Shown here piece by piece: positions 41,275-52,323 of a stretch of DNA of 64,000 nt (the first letter of the stretch is position 1; each line of letters begins with the position of its first letter). Where the stretch lies: assembly GCA_025060615.1 (NCBI GenBank), contig JANXBS010000002.1, forward strand, positions 130,860 through 194,859, given 5' to 3'. The DNA is from Anaerolineae bacterium (GTDB taxonomy: Bacteria; Chloroflexota; Anaerolineae; DUEN01). A program made the translations under genes and the position numbers. Below the pieces are notes generated by a model. That model worked only from the letters and a program-made list of their open reading frames with translations. It did not search any database and was not told the origin of the DNA.

Positions 41275-41370
41275 AATTGTACCATGATCCGATTTTCCAA
41301 GCACAGAGATGCCTCTGCTTTTTTCATTGCTCGGCTAAGGATGAGCATCGTTTGGCCAGGAGGAGTCGTC

Positions 41371-42252
41371 ATGTCGATTCGATCGCCTCGTCTCTTTTTG
41401 GGGGCCATTCTGGCCCTGGTATTTATCCTTGCGTTGCCTGCTATCGTGCTGGCTCATCCCCTCAACCGCCCCTCCTCCGGCGAAGTGATTCATCGGGTGC
41501 AACGCGGGGAAACGCTGGCTGCCATCGCTAACCGCTATCGCACTACGGTAGCCCAATTGATGGCCTATAACGGCCTCAGGAATCCTAACTTGATCTACGT
41601 GGGACAGAGGCTCCGCATCCCTACGGTGGCTCCTGCGTCCTCTACGACTTCATCGACAAGCGATTCACCCGCCACTACGGAAGGCCAGGTACATATCGTC
41701 CGACCTGGTGAGTACTTAGCATTGATCGCTAGACGTTACGGAGTCACTGTAGCCGCTTTAATGCGCGAGAATGGGTTGAGAAACAGTAACCTGCTGTATG
41801 CGGGGCAGCGCTTGCGCATCCCTGCTGGTAATTCTTCCACTCCTCCTAGGCCTGCACCCGCTCCGGCCCCTGAGCCGCAGCCAGTCCACGCGCCAGCGGG
41901 TGAGAAGTGGATTGATATCAATGTGACCACGCAGACGCTCAGCGCCTACGAGGGCGACAAATTGGTCTTCACCACCAAGGTGAGCACCGGCACCCGACGA
42001 TATCCTACTGTGCTTGGCAAGTTCCGTATCCGCACCAAGCTGCGCTCGCAGACGATGGCGGGGCCGGGATATTACCTTCCGAACGTGCCATATGTCATGT
42101 ACTTCTACGCTGGATATGCCATTCATGGCACGTATTGGCATAACGACTTCGGCCGCCCCAGAAGCCATGGTTGTGTAAACTTGAGCATTCCAGACGCCAA
42201 GTGGCTCTACGAGTGGGCGCCCATCGGAACATTGGTGATCACCCACCGCTGA
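41371..42252 (+). CDS. L,D-transpeptidase with two LysM domains (YkuD family)
   Basis: Signal peptide. Two LysM repeats (GETLAAIANRY...; GEYLALIARRYGV...). YkuD catalytic motif (HGT...SHGCVNL). Confidence 0.85.
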   Translation: MSIRSPRLFLGAILALVFILALPAIVLAHPLNRPSSGEVIHRVQRGETLAAIANRYRTTVAQLMAYNGLRNPNLIYVGQRLRIPTVAPASSTTSSTSDSPATTEGQVHIVRPGEYLALIARRYGVTVAALMRENGLRNSNLLYAGQRLRIPAGNSSTPPRPAPAPAPEPQPVHAPAGEKWIDINVTTQTLSAYEGDKLVFTTKVSTGTRRYPTVLGKFRIRTKLRSQTMAGPGYYLPNVPYVMYFYAGYAIHGTYWHNDFGRPRSHGCVNLSIPDAKWLYEWAPIGTLVITHR

Positions 42253-42262
42253 GCTTTAAGCT

Positions 42263-42303
42263 AAAGGCAAGGCGCACGACGAATCGTCGTGCGCCTTGCC
42301 TTT
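42263..42303. terminator. Bidirectional terminator hairpin between convergent genes
   Basis: Perfect 19-bp inverted repeat AAAGGCAAGGCGCACGACG-aat-CGTCGTGCGCCTTGCCTTT. Confidence 0.55.
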
Positions 42304-42397
42304 GTTAGCCTCTACCTTTGGGCCTCATGTCATCACGAACTAAAGAAACGTTCCCATGACAACACGAAGATCAACAAACCGGCGCCCGGAGCACATC

Positions 42398-45300
42398 TTA
42401 CCGCTTATGCACGCTGGCCTCTTCCTTTAAAGCCAGTTGCACCCTCCGCCACTCTTGCTCGATCCGGCTGATCTTGTCCTCTACCCTCACAAGTGTCCCC
42501 TCCTTAGCCAACAGCTCCACCTCTCTACAGAGGGTCGCCAGGGTTTCAGCCCCAAACAAGGCTGCATTGGACTTCAGCGTGTGGGCCGCCCGCTGTAGCA
42601 CAGAGGCTTCGCCGGTGGCCAGAGCTTGATGGATCTGCTCCAGCAGCCTGGGAGCCTCGGTGAGGAAGCCGTCAATCAGGTCACCCAGGGCATCGGAGTC
42701 CTCCCCCATCATCTCGTGGAAGCGCTGTAATGCCTCACGGTTGATGGTGGGTTCCGTTGGCCTCTCCACCCGGGCCGGCACCCGTTGCAGCGCATGGGCC
42801 AAGTCCTCCAGCCGAATCGGCTTAGCCAAGTAATCGTCCATCCCCGCCTCCAGGCACCTCTCTCGATCTCCTTGTAAGGCGTTGGCCGTCAGCGCGATGA
42901 TGTACGGCTGTCGCTCCGGAGGAAAGCGTTGACGGATCCAGCGGGTTGTCTCCAGCCCGTCCATCTCCGGCATCTGCACGTCCATCAGGATCACCTCATA
43001 CGGCTGCCGTTGTAACGCCTCCAGTACCTCGAACCCGTTCGCCGCTACGTCCGCACGGTGATGCAGGCGTTCTAAAAGGCGCAAGGTGACCCTTTGGTTG
43101 ATCAGATTGTCCTCCGCCAGCAGAATATAGAGCGGTCTATCGGCGGGCAGGATAGAAGGCGCAGTGGTGGAAACCCGTGGGGATGGAATAGCGCGAGCTA
43201 ACACCGCCTGCAAGGTATCGTAGAGCTGGGAAGGCTTGATGGGCTTAACCAGATAAGCTGCGAACTCCTCGGACAACTCGGCCTGCCCTCGGCTTCCTAA
43301 CGAGGTGAGCATGATCAGCGGCAGAGCCTGTCCGCTCAGCAGTTTCCGGATCTCCCGGGCTAAGGTCACCCCGTCCATCTCCGGCATTTGCATGTCCAGG
43401 ATCGCCAGATCGAATGCAAGCCCTTGCCTCAGGAAGGAGAGGGCCTCCTGGCCAGAGGCGGCCGGGGTGGGGATCATCCCCCATGCTTGCGTCTGCAGCG
43501 TAAGGATGCGCCGGTTGGTGGGGTTGTCGTCCACGATCAACACCCGCTTGCCCCGCAGAGATGGGTCCTGGACACGGTAGCGGCGAAGCTGGGCAGGGGC
43601 GGATTGCACGGCGATGGTGAAGTGGAAGGTAGATCCCTTGCCGGGCTCGCTCTCCACCCAGATCTTCCCGCCCATCATCTCCACCAGTCGTTTGCAGATC
43701 GCCAATCCCAGCCCTGTCCCGCCGTACTTGCGGGTAATGGAAGCGTCTAGCTGGGTGAAGGATTGGAACAGCCGGGCCTGTTGATCCTGTGGGATGCCGA
43801 TGCCGGTGTCGCGAACGGAGAAGTGCAGAGAGACCGGCGAGCCCCCGGCCGCTGTGAGCCTGCTCTGAATGGTTGGCAAGTGCTCCTTGTCGATTGTGAC
43901 CTCGACCACGACCTCGCCGTGATCGGTGAATTTGACGGCGTTGGAGAGGAGGTTGACCAAGACCTGGCGTAGCCGGGCCACGTCGCCAATGAGAGAGATA
44001 GGGGTGCCGTTGTGGACCAGGTAAGCCAGCTCCAACCCCTTAGCCATGGCCTGGGGAGCCACTAGATCGAGTGCTTCCTCGATGCAAAGTTGAAGGTCAA
44101 AGGGAGATGTCTCCAGTTCGAGCTTCCCCGCCTCGATCTTGGAGAAGTCAAGGATGTCGTTGATAAGGGCGAGGAGAGCGTCAGAGGAGGTGCGGATGGT
44201 CTCGGCGAACTCCCGCTGTTGGGCGGAGAGAGGGGTGTCCAAGAGCAGGCTGGTCATGCCGATGATGGCGTTGAGGGGGGTGCGGATCTCGTGGGACATG
44301 TTGGCCAGGAACTCAGACTTGGCGCGCGCCGCTGCTTCTGCCGCCTCCTTGGCTACTCGCAGCTCCTCCTCCATTCGTTTGCGCTCGGTGATGTCCCGTG
44401 AGATGCCAAATGTCCCGATGATTCGCCCCTCCCGGTCGCGCAGGGGCATCTTGCTCGTCAAAACCCATGTCTCCGGCCGATCGGGCCACGTCTCTTTTTC
44501 CTCTATGCCCAGCAAAGGCTGGCCGGTCTGGAGGATCTTCTGTTCGTCCTCGTATGCCTGACGGGCGTGTTCCTCAGTGAAAAAGTCGAAGTCGGTCTTC
44601 CCGATCGCCTGCGCCGGATCGCTTAGGCCAAACCATTGGGCGAGGGACTGGTTGATCTTGATAAAGCGGCTCTCGCGATCTTTGAAGTAAATGTGGTCCG
44701 GGACGTTGTCCATGAGGACCTGTAGGAGATGCTGTTCCCGGGCCAGCGCCTCCTCCATTTGCTTACGCTCGGTGATGTCTTTGTTGATACCCACAATACC
44801 TATGATCTCACCGTGCTCGTCACGGAGCGGGACTTTGGTGACCAGAAGCCACCGTGGATGGTTCCCTGGAGATAGGACGGACTGTCGTTCTCGGTCCACT
44901 AGAGGATGTCCGGAGCGGATGATCTCCTGCTCTTCGGCGTAGAACCGAGCTGCTACCTCTCTAGGCAACAAATCGAAATCGGTCTTCCCGATGAGCTCAT
45001 CCGGCGTGCTTATTCCTATGTATTGCGTCAGCGCGTTGTTGATGAGCACAAACCGGCTTTGGGCGTCTTTGATATAGATGTGATCAGGTAAGTTATCAAT
45101 CAAGGTGCGCAACAGGTTGCGCTCTTTGGCTAGCCGGCGCGCAGTCTCCTGAGCCTCCCGGAGCAGCCGAGCGTTCTCCAGCGCAGCAGCCGCCTGGTCC
45201 ACGAAGGCAGCCAGCGTCTGGATCTCCTCCTCGCTGATCTGCCTTTTCTGCTGCTTGTCGTATCCGACCTCGATGACGCCCAGGACGCGATCGCGTATTT

Positions 45301-46183
45301 TGATCGGCATGAAGATGCGCAACAGCCGTTCGTGCCCGAACTTCTCCCAGATTTCCCGATTGAAGCGATCATCCCACTCGCCGATCACCTCGGTGCGCCC
45401 AGTGCGATAGATGTCGGTCAGGATATCGGGATGATCGAGGGGATAGCGGCTCATCCGGATCCATTCGGGGAAGACGTCGTATTCGCCATGCCAGATGCCA
45501 TGCCGGCTTTCAATGACGCCGGCCTGTTCGTCCACCAGCGACACGATCAGGTGTTCGCATCCCATGGCCTTGTACACGGCTTCGAGGATGGCGCGAATGA
45601 TCGCCTCTTCATCCATCGAGGAGGCGAGGGCTTGGCTTGCCTCGTAGAGGGCCTGCATTTTCCGCGCGGTCTTCTGTGCCTCGGCAAAGAGCCGAATGTT
45701 TTCCATAGCACTGGCGATCCTGTTGGCCAGCACGCTGAACAGCGATTGCTCGGCTAGCGTGAAGGGGCGGTCTTTCAGCCGAGCTGCACAGAGCAACCCT
45801 ATCACTTTACCGCCCTCGCTGATGGGGACGAAGATGGCCGCCTGGATCGCGCAGGGCGCCGGCGCTGGGAATGGTATCTCCACGCCATCCGTACGATGCC
45901 AAAGTAGGAGGCGTCGAGCGGCCAGAGCTTGTGCCAGCTCATCGGCTATGTCGGCCGGCTTCCAGTCGGCGAGCCGGGAGCGATGGATTCCACGAGAAGC
46001 CTGCGGTCGGAACGCGTCGGTTATCGGGTCATATAGGTAGAGGACGGCGAGGTCGTTCCCGAGCAGACGCGTCGCCTTGTCCACCGCCAACTCCGCCACC
46101 TGCTGGAGGTCCCGTAGCCGAGCTGGGATGGCGGAGATCTCGTACAGCAGGGCGAGTTCGGTTACACGGTCAAGCGCTTCCAT
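42398..46183 (-). CDS. Hybrid sensor histidine kinase: GAF-GAF-PAS-PAS-HisKA-HATPase-REC-REC-Hpt
   Basis: 1261 aa with H-box ([12 protein letters not shown]), G-boxes, two receiver domains (VLIVDDNP...DMQMPEMDG; ILLAEDN...DVQMPEMDG) and a C-terminal Hpt ([11 protein letters not shown]). Confidence 0.9.
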   Translation of the reverse strand: MEALDRVTELALLYEISAIPARLRDLQQVAELAVDKATRLLGNDLAVLYLYDPITDAFRPQASRGIHRSRLADWKPADIADELAQALAARRLLLWHRTDGVEIPFPAPAPCAIQAAIFVPISEGGKVIGLLCAARLKDRPFTLAEQSLFSVLANRIASAMENIRLFAEAQKTARKMQALYEASQALASSMDEEAIIRAILEAVYKAMGCEHLIVSLVDEQAGVIESRHGIWHGEYDVFPEWIRMSRYPLDHPDILTDIYRTGRTEVIGEWDDRFNREIWEKFGHERLLRIFMPIKIRDRVLGVIEVGYDKQQKRQISEEEIQTLAAFVDQAAAALENARLLREAQETARRLAKERNLLRTLIDNLPDHIYIKDAQSRFVLINNALTQYIGISTPDELIGKTDFDLLPREVAARFYAEEQEIIRSGHPLVDRERQSVLSPGNHPRWLLVTKVPLRDEHGEIIGIVGINKDITERKQMEEALAREQHLLQVLMDNVPDHIYFKDRESRFIKINQSLAQWFGLSDPAQAIGKTDFDFFTEEHARQAYEDEQKILQTGQPLLGIEEKETWPDRPETWVLTSKMPLRDREGRIIGTFGISRDITERKRMEEELRVAKEAAEAAARAKSEFLANMSHEIRTPLNAIIGMTSLLLDTPLSAQQREFAETIRTSSDALLALINDILDFSKIEAGKLELETSPFDLQLCIEEALDLVAPQAMAKGLELAYLVHNGTPISLIGDVARLRQVLVNLLSNAVKFTDHGEVVVEVTIDKEHLPTIQSRLTAAGGSPVSLHFSVRDTGIGIPQDQQARLFQSFTQLDASITRKYGGTGLGLAICKRLVEMMGGKIWVESEPGKGSTFHFTIAVQSAPAQLRRYRVQDPSLRGKRVLIVDDNPTNRRILTLQTQAWGMIPTPAASGQEALSFLRQGLAFDLAILDMQMPEMDGVTLAREIRKLLSGQALPLIMLTSLGSRGQAELSEEFAAYLVKPIKPSQLYDTLQAVLARAIPSPRVSTTAPSILPADRPLYILLAEDNLINQRVTLRLLERLHHRADVAANGFEVLEALQRQPYEVILMDVQMPEMDGLETTRWIRQRFPPERQPYIIALTANALQGDRERCLEAGMDDYLAKPIRLEDLAHALQRVPARVERPTEPTINREALQRFHEMMGEDSDALGDLIDGFLTEAPRLLEQIHQALATGEASVLQRAAHTLKSNAALFGAETLATLCREVELLAKEGTLVRVEDKISRIEQEWRRVQLALKEEASVHKR
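44330..45100 (-). repeat. Tandem intragenic duplication of a PAS module (~125 aa each) inside the hybrid kinase gene
   Basis: Two consecutive PAS units share long identical strings (L..NLPDHIY.KD..SRF..IN..L; IGKTDFD; DITERK.MEE) and nucleotide identity around 60%. Confidence 0.5.
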
Positions 46184-46210
46184 CCGAACACCTCATCGCA
46201 TCGTGTCAAG

Positions 46211-47374
46211 CTAGGCTAGCACGCAAATCGCCACGGTTTTGTTGTGCAGCACAGTGAGCCCCGAGTCCGGCGGAGGCGCGATCTCGCCGTAACTGAACAT
46301 GCCGATCAGGGGGGTCTCACGTCCGATCACATCTCGGATGTTCTCGATCTCGGTGATGGCCTCCTCGCGCAGATATTGCAGTCGAGAGATGCAATCGAAG
46401 ATCACGGCGGCTACGGGCGGATGTCCCGCTAGGCCATCCATCGCGCGCGCTGCGGCGGCCTGTGCGGCTGCTAGAAGTGCCTCTTTCTCACCACTCATTA
46501 TGTGGGCCACAGAGTGTTCAGGCACCACGGCTGCACACTCAATGGCTCCATTCGGATGCACTAGATACGGGTCACGGATCAGGTACTCACCGCTCGCCTG
46601 AGGCAGTCCGAAGGGATGAGCTGCTGCGAAAGCGGGGAACCGTTCGGGGGTCAGCCCGGGGGCTTCCTGGGCCCATAGTTGCCGATACACCTCAAAGGCA
46701 GGCTGGCCGTCCAGTTCGTAGATGATGTTGCCAACGGAGCGCGTGACGATCAGCGGACGCATACAGGGAGTCCACCCGTGTGCCACACCGATGCCGATGG
46801 GCCTAGACGAGCACAGCAAAGCAGCCACGAGTTCATTGGAGACGAGCTGATCGTTCATAAACCGGAAGTGATGGCCGTCAGCGCCGCCGATCAGCGGACA
46901 CAGAGGTCCTAACACATCCGTTGCGCCTTGGATCACCTCGGCCGTGAGAGGGGAGACGAATTTCTCCAGGACGAGCACGACCGCGTGGGGCCTTTCCGTA
47001 TCATTTACTGGCAGACGTTGGAGCAGGGTCTCGGCCAGCCGCTCGCCGGCGAGCCGTGGAGAGTCCATCGCGCCCTCGGTAGTAGCGAGGGCCACGCGCA
47101 GTGTATCTGAGCGCAACGCCATCAATGCTACAACATCGGTGTGAATGCCCGAAGGCGTGATGATCCCGGTGGCGCAGGAGCCAATCAGGGGGATAGAGCC
47201 CGTGATAGAGCGGACGCCCTGTAACACCGCTAATGGATCATAGCAATCCGAGATGAACAAGATCAGCCCATCGGCTTGACCACCCAGGCTAGACAAGGCC
47301 TCGGTTGCGGCTTCCATGCCCGCCCGCTGCGAGTCCGCTTGGCGGCTTATTCCGACTGCAGCACAGGGGTTCAT
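46211..47374 (-). CDS. FIST-domain sensory protein (FIST_N + FIST_C)
   Basis: About 387 aa. Start taken at MNPCAAVGIS, which has a GGGAG RBS. Lies 27 nt upstream of the hybrid kinase start on the same strand. Confidence 0.7.
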   Translation of the reverse strand: MNPCAAVGISRQADSQRAGMEAATEALSSLGGQADGLILFISDCYDPLAVLQGVRSITGSIPLIGSCATGIITPSGIHTDVVALMALRSDTLRVALATTEGAMDSPRLAGERLAETLLQRLPVNDTERPHAVVLVLEKFVSPLTAEVIQGATDVLGPLCPLIGGADGHHFRFMNDQLVSNELVAALLCSSRPIGIGVAHGWTPCMRPLIVTRSVGNIIYELDGQPAFEVYRQLWAQEAPGLTPERFPAFAAAHPFGLPQASGEYLIRDPYLVHPNGAIECAAVVPEHSVAHIMSGEKEALLAAAQAAAARAMDGLAGHPPVAAVIFDCISRLQYLREEAITEIENIRDVIGRETPLIGMFSYGEIAPPPDSGLTVLHNKTVAICVLA

Positions 47375-47496
47375 AGCACTACTCCCGAGCGTGAAAGATA
47401 CTGTGAAGACGTGGCCCACCGGTTTTCAGCCTTTGATATGGAAATATACCACACATTACGGGGCTGCGGTGTAAGCAAGGAGTAACGGGACCTTAG

Positions 47497-48748
47497 CATC
47501 CGCTGATCTTGCCACAAGGGAATGGTGTGCTGAATATCCTGGACCTGGTGATCCAGGCGGTGGTGGACGATCTGAATCTCTACCGGCAACTGGAGCAGGA
47601 GGCGGCGGCGCGCCGGGATAAGCGGCCCGATATGCCGAAGTCGCCCGCACTGTCCGGGACCGGGAACTCCTGGGATTCCTGGGCTCCCGCAACGTCCTAC
47701 CCAAGTACGGCTTCCCCACCGATGTGGTGGAACTGCGGGTGGCCCACGTGCCGGACCGGAAGGCTATGCGCGTGGAACTTCAGCGGGACCTGCGGATCGC
47801 TATCGCAGAGCACGCCCCTGGCGGCCAGGTTGTGGCGGCCAAGCGCATCTGGACCTGTGCGGGAATCTATCGCCTGCCCGGGCGAAATTGGCAGGTCAAG
47901 GAGTACGCGGTCTGTCCGGAGTGCGGCCGCTACCACAGCGCACCAGAGCGGCTCTCCCAGAAGACCTGCTCCGTCTGCGGAGCCGAGCTCTTCAGCGGCT
48001 GGCCGCGGCTCTACGGCCAGTTCCTCATCCCCGAGTTTGGCTTCCTGGCCGCGCGGGAGACTGCCGAGACCGGCGAAGACCGCCCGGAGCGCTTCTTTGC
48101 CACCCGCCCCTATTTCGCCGAGTACGAACGGGCCCCGGCCCCCTTCCGCCCCATAGATTCCCTCTCCAGTTCCTCCGCGCAGGTGCTGGCCCGCTACTCC
48201 CGCTACGGCAAACTGGCCCTGGTCAACAGCGGCGTGGAAGGCCGGGGCTTTCAGGTCTGCACCGAGTGCGGGTGGGCCGAGCCAGCCCCGCCTTTTGCGA
48301 ACCCGGAGCGCCCTTCCGGCCGCAAGCAGGAACCCGTCCACACCGACCCCCGCACCGGCCGCTCCTGCCGGGGCCGCTGGGCGCGCAGTCCGATCGGAGC
48401 CTCTGGCTCTCCGTTCTCTACACCCTGCTGGAAGGGACCAGCGAGGCTCTGGGCGTGCCGCGTGAAGACCTCAACGGTACCCTCTACCCCTACCCTCAGA
48501 GCCCCAGCCCGGCGCTGGTCCTCTTTGACGACGTCCCCGGCGGCGCCGCGCTGGTCCAGCGAATCCTGGATGACCCTGTGCCCGTCTTCCGGGCCGCCTG
48601 GCGTCGGGTGACCCGCTGCGAGTGCGGCGAGGAGACCAGTTGCTACCAGTGCCTGCGCAACTACTACAACCAGTTCTGCCATGATCAGCTCCGCCGAGGC
48701 CTGGCGCAGGATTTCTTGGCCAATTTATTAACTCAGAATCCACTCTGA
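47497..48748 (+). pseudogene. Degraded C-terminal remnant of a DUF1998 (MrfA/DrmB/DruE-type zinc-ribbon) protein gene; at least 2 frameshifts, N-terminal helicase-encoding part missing
   Basis: Homologous reading continues across three frames: frame 1 (47497-~47619) into frame 3 (~47622-~48380: NVLPKYGFPTDVVELRV...VCPECGRYH...CSVCGAEL...CTECGW) into frame 2 (to 48748: CECGEETSCYQCLRNYYNQFCHDQLRRGLAQDFL, the DUF1998 C-terminal signature). No upstream ORF in the same orientation. Confidence 0.6.
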
Positions 48749-48760
48749 CAAACCGATCGT

Positions 48761-48793
48761 TTACCAATTATTAACTGTCCATTAACTTCTTCT
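48761..48793 (+). promoter_or_regulatory. Putative Pho box (three 11-bp phased direct repeats TTACCAATTAT / TAACTGTCCAT / TAACTTCTTCT) upstream of phoA
   Basis: Direct repeats of the TTAAC core with 11-bp periodicity, about 70 nt upstream of the phoA start. Confidence 0.4.
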
Positions 48794-48865
48794 TGCGTTC
48801 CCCTTAAACGAATGCCGATATCTTTTCCCCGAAAAATCTAGATTTCCAAGCCCATGGAGGTGAAA

Positions 48866-50746
48866 ATGCGCATCAATCATCTTCGCCAACTCGCCCTCTC
48901 TTGCATTACAGCGTTACTGATCTGGTCAACGGCATTGCCGGGTATCGGAGGGATTGCCTTCGCTGCTCAAAGTAGCCCGCCCCCAGTCCTTATCCTCCCT
49001 GTAAACAACGCTCAGTTCTTGCCTGGGACATACTTCGATGTCCGCGTCGAAGTCCACGCCGAGGCCTTACCTCAGGACTTTGCCGTGACCGTCAATGGGG
49101 TGGATGCCAATACCTTCTTCGGCGCCCGGGGTAAGAACGAAAGCTGGCGTTTTGGACCTGAGGACAAACCTGTACCAGTGCAATCTGTCATCTGGCGCAA
49201 GGTCATGTTACGCCAGCCAGGAGAATACAAGATCGAGGTCACCGCTGGCGGCCGGACTACCCGGGTCACTTGGACTGTGCGCCAACCACAGCCAGGCCAT
49301 GCTCGAAATGTGATCCTTTTCATTGCTGACGGCATGTCGGTTCCTATGCTCACCGCAGCCCGGCTAGTCTCTCGTGGCAACACCCAAGGCAAGTACAACG
49401 GCTACTTCGCTCTTGATCAAATGGAGGAGATTGGCCTCATTAACACCTCAGGCCTGGACTCGATCATCACCGATAGCGCGAACAGCGCCAGCGCGTATAA
49501 CACAGGCCATAAAGCCGCTATGAATGCCATGGGCACCTATCCCGATACTTCACCGGACACCTTGGATGACCCGCGTGTGGAGACCTTCGCCGAGATCATC
49601 AAGCGCGTTCGCAACATGGCTGTAGGGATTGTAACCACCGCCGATTGGACCGACGCTACGCCAGCTGCTGTTTTTGCACACACCCGCCGGCGCGATGAGC
49701 GCTCATTCATTGCCGCTGAGCCGCTGGATGAAAAACTGTTCCCCGAGGTGATCCTGGGCGGAGGCGCTCGCTATATGCTGCCCAAGAGCGCCAGCGGTTC
49801 CCGCCGTCAAGACGAGCGGGATCTCTTCGCCGAATATGAAAAGGCCGGCTACACCGTTGTCACCACCGCCACTGAGCTGGCAGAAGCCATGAAGTCGCCC
49901 CCTAAGCGCCTGTTGGGGATCTTCCATCCAGCAGATATGAACGTGTGGCTAGACCGGCATGTGTACACCGATAATCTCAAAGAATTCACCGATCAACCCG
50001 ATCTGCCTGAGATGACCCTAGCGGCCCTGCAAGTGCTGAATCAGAACAAAAACGGCTGGTATCTAATGGTCGAGGCTGCCAGCGTGGATAAACAGATGCA
50101 CGCCTTGGATGCCGAGCGCATGATTGCTGACATCATCGAGTTTGACAACGCCATCGCTGCAGCGCTGGAATGGATCAGCGTCCATGCTCCTGACACATTG
50201 GTCATCGTCACAGCTGACCACGGCCATGGCTACGAGGTATTCGGCACGGTAGATGTGGAGGCCTTCAACGCTGCTAAGGACGACATGGGCCGCCGTAACG
50301 CCATCGGCGTGTATGATGACGCCGGCTTCCCCACCTATGAGGACAAAGATGGTGACTTCTTCCCGGACACCTGGGTGGTCACTCGCACCTTGGCAGGTCT
50401 GGTCAACAACCATCCAGACTATACGGAAGACTTCCAGGTGAGCCCAGTGCCCCGTGTCCCGGCCATTCGACAAGCAGATGGGACCGTTATAGATAACCCA
50501 GATGACGATCCTAACGGCATTTTCCTAAGTGGCACCTTGTCTATGGGCAATACTCTCGGTGTGCATACATTGCAGGATGTGCCGGTCTTCGCCTCAGGCC
50601 CTGGCGCCGCTTACTTCGGCCGCGTGATGGATAACACGGAGGTCTTCTTTGGCATGGCTTATGCTATCGGCCTAGATCCGATGGCTAGCGATGGCAAAGT
50701 GGCCTGCACGGGCATCCGCTTTGGCTCACGTTGCTATCATCGCTGA
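48866..50746 (+). CDS. phoA: Alkaline phosphatase (PhoA family), secreted
   Basis: Signal peptide. Active-site Ser motif (TDSANSASAYNTGHK), D..H metal ligands, and the TADHGH motif. Confidence 0.85.
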   Translation: MRINHLRQLALSCITALLIWSTALPGIGGIAFAAQSSPPPVLILPVNNAQFLPGTYFDVRVEVHAEALPQDFAVTVNGVDANTFFGARGKNESWRFGPEDKPVPVQSVIWRKVMLRQPGEYKIEVTAGGRTTRVTWTVRQPQPGHARNVILFIADGMSVPMLTAARLVSRGNTQGKYNGYFALDQMEEIGLINTSGLDSIITDSANSASAYNTGHKAAMNAMGTYPDTSPDTLDDPRVETFAEIIKRVRNMAVGIVTTADWTDATPAAVFAHTRRRDERSFIAAEPLDEKLFPEVILGGGARYMLPKSASGSRRQDERDLFAEYEKAGYTVVTTATELAEAMKSPPKRLLGIFHPADMNVWLDRHVYTDNLKEFTDQPDLPEMTLAALQVLNQNKNGWYLMVEAASVDKQMHALDAERMIADIIEFDNAIAAALEWISVHAPDTLVIVTADHGHGYEVFGTVDVEAFNAAKDDMGRRNAIGVYDDAGFPTYEDKDGDFFPDTWVVTRTLAGLVNNHPDYTEDFQVSPVPRVPAIRQADGTVIDNPDDDPNGIFLSGTLSMGNTLGVHTLQDVPVFASGPGAAYFGRVMDNTEVFFGMAYAIGLDPMASDGKVACTGIRFGSRCYHR

Positions 50747-50777
50747 TTCCTTGCTGATTCCTTATATCATATCCGAA

Positions 50778-50806
50778 TTGGGTGCGGGCGCGCTGCCCGC
50801 ACCCAA
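50778..50806 (+). terminator. Stable hairpin downstream of phoA (possible terminator, no U-tract)
   Basis: 12-bp perfect stem TTGGGTGCGGGC-gcgct-GCCCGCACCCAA. Confidence 0.35.
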
Positions 50807-50857
50807 GGAAGCTCCATCTTCCCCATACGCCTAAGGGGCAAGATGAGGTGAAGAGCG

Positions 50858-51568
50858 ATGAGGTCTCTTCCCGTAGGAGTATTCGCCTTAATGACAATTG
50901 TTGCGGTCGCCTGTGGCCCGGTGATCAGCGCAAATGAGATTACACCAATCACCCCATTGCCGCGTACCAATATCGCCTCTTTAGTCCAGGCGACAACATC
51001 TGTGCCCGTCAGAGCGATTCCCGATCAGACGACCACTTCCGCTCCGCCTCGGTCAGAGGAAATCGTTACCGTCACACCTACACCCACGCCTTGGTCGTTG
51101 AATCTGCCCGCCGGCAACGCCGCTGCCATTGCGGCTGCTACCGACGTAGCCATGCGGCCCACACCGCGTCATCGGCTCACTTTTCACGATAATAGCCCAG
51201 TGCCCATCAAATTCAGCGAGTTCTACGATGGCTATGACCTCCGCACTGGGCTGATCCTATCCGATAAGCTTGTCTCTCTGGATGGCCGAGAGGTGGTCAT
51301 CGAAGGCTACATGGCGCCGCCGTTGAAACCCGAGCTCGACTTCTTCGTCCTTACTCGCATTCGGCTGGAATTCTGCCCTTTCTGCAGCACGGCCGCTGAC
51401 TGGCCTGATGACATCGCCCTCGTCTACGTATTAGGCGATCCCATACCCGTAACGGAGCGCCCTCTTCGCCTGATAGGACGGCTGGAAGTGGGCCCCTCAG
51501 TGGATCAGGAGACTGGGATGGTTAGCCTGGTGCGAATCTATGCCAGGACAGTGGAGGTATTAAATTGA
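50858..51568 (+). CDS. Secreted DUF3299-family protein
   Basis: Signal peptide. The C-terminal domain carries the conserved CxxC (FCPFCS) typical of DUF3299, which usually sits beside MacB/FtsX-type ABC systems. Confidence 0.6.
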   Translation: MRSLPVGVFALMTIVAVACGPVISANEITPITPLPRTNIASLVQATTSVPVRAIPDQTTTSAPPRSEEIVTVTPTPTPWSLNLPAGNAAAIAAATDVAMRPTPRHRLTFHDNSPVPIKFSEFYDGYDLRTGLILSDKLVSLDGREVVIEGYMAPPLKPELDFFVLTRIRLEFCPFCSTAADWPDDIALVYVLGDPIPVTERPLRLIGRLEVGPSVDQETGMVSLVRIYARTVEVLN

Positions 51569-52323
51569 GTCTGCGAGTAGAGAATCTGAGCCATACTTAT
51601 ACAGGTCCCGGCCTAGAGGCACGCACGATCCTGCGAATAGAGGAGTGGGTACTGGCCCCTGGAGATCAAATCCTGCTGCGTGGAATCAGCGGCAGTGGCA
51701 AAACTACTCTGTTGAATATCCTGGCTGGCTTACTGACTCCTACCACTGGCCAAGTATGGCTAGATGGACATGCCCTCTATGCGATGAGCGAGGCGCAACG
51801 GGATCTCTTCCGGATTCGGCGCATAGGGTATGTCTTCCAAGTGCCTCACCTGTTGCCCAATTTCACTGCCTTAGAGAACGTGATAATGCCCATGGCTTTC
51901 GCTGGAATGGCGCTCCAGTATTGCCGAACGCGAGCGCAGATGCTGTTATCCCAATTAGGATTAGCCGAATTCACCCACTATTATCCTGCTCAACTGAGTG
52001 CCGGACAGCGGCTGCGTGTAGCTGTCGCCCGCGCGCTAGCCAACGGACCTCAACTTTTGCTAGCTGATGAGCCCACAGCAGCTTTAGACTCTGAAGCCAG
52101 TCGGATGGTGATGGATCTGCTCCAGAAGACATGCCGTCAGAATAAAGCTATTCTAATTGTGGCCAGCCACGACCCGGCCTTAACAGAACGCTTTGAGCAA
52201 GTAGTAGACTTGCATGCTGGGCATTTATACTTCAACTCTCCAGCTCCCACATTGACGCGTGTCCTTGCCAGAATCGGCCAAAGGGCCAGCGATACACCTG
52301 TAGGAGGGCCTAATGGGATATGA
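51565..52323 (+). CDS. ABC transporter ATP-binding protein (MacB/LolD-like)
   Basis: Walker A (GISGSGKTT), signature (LSAGQRLRVAVARA), Walker B (LLLADEPT). TTG start after a GGAGGT RBS. Confidence 0.9.
   Translation: MSLRVENLSHTYTGPGLEARTILRIEEWVLAPGDQILLRGISGSGKTTLLNILAGLLTPTTGQVWLDGHALYAMSEAQRDLFRIRRIGYVFQVPHLLPNFTALENVIMPMAFAGMALQYCRTRAQMLLSQLGLAEFTHYYPAQLSAGQRLRVAVARALANGPQLLLADEPTAALDSEASRMVMDLLQKTCRQNKAILIVASHDPALTERFEQVVDLHAGHLYFNSPAPTLTRVLARIGQRASDTPVGGPNGI

Noticed and set aside
47697-48341. 214-aa minus-strand ORF and the long frame-1 extension 47620..48156 across the DUF1998 relic
   Set aside because: Translations are Ala/Gly/Pro/Arg-rich junk. The plus-strand three-frame homologous reading explains the region.
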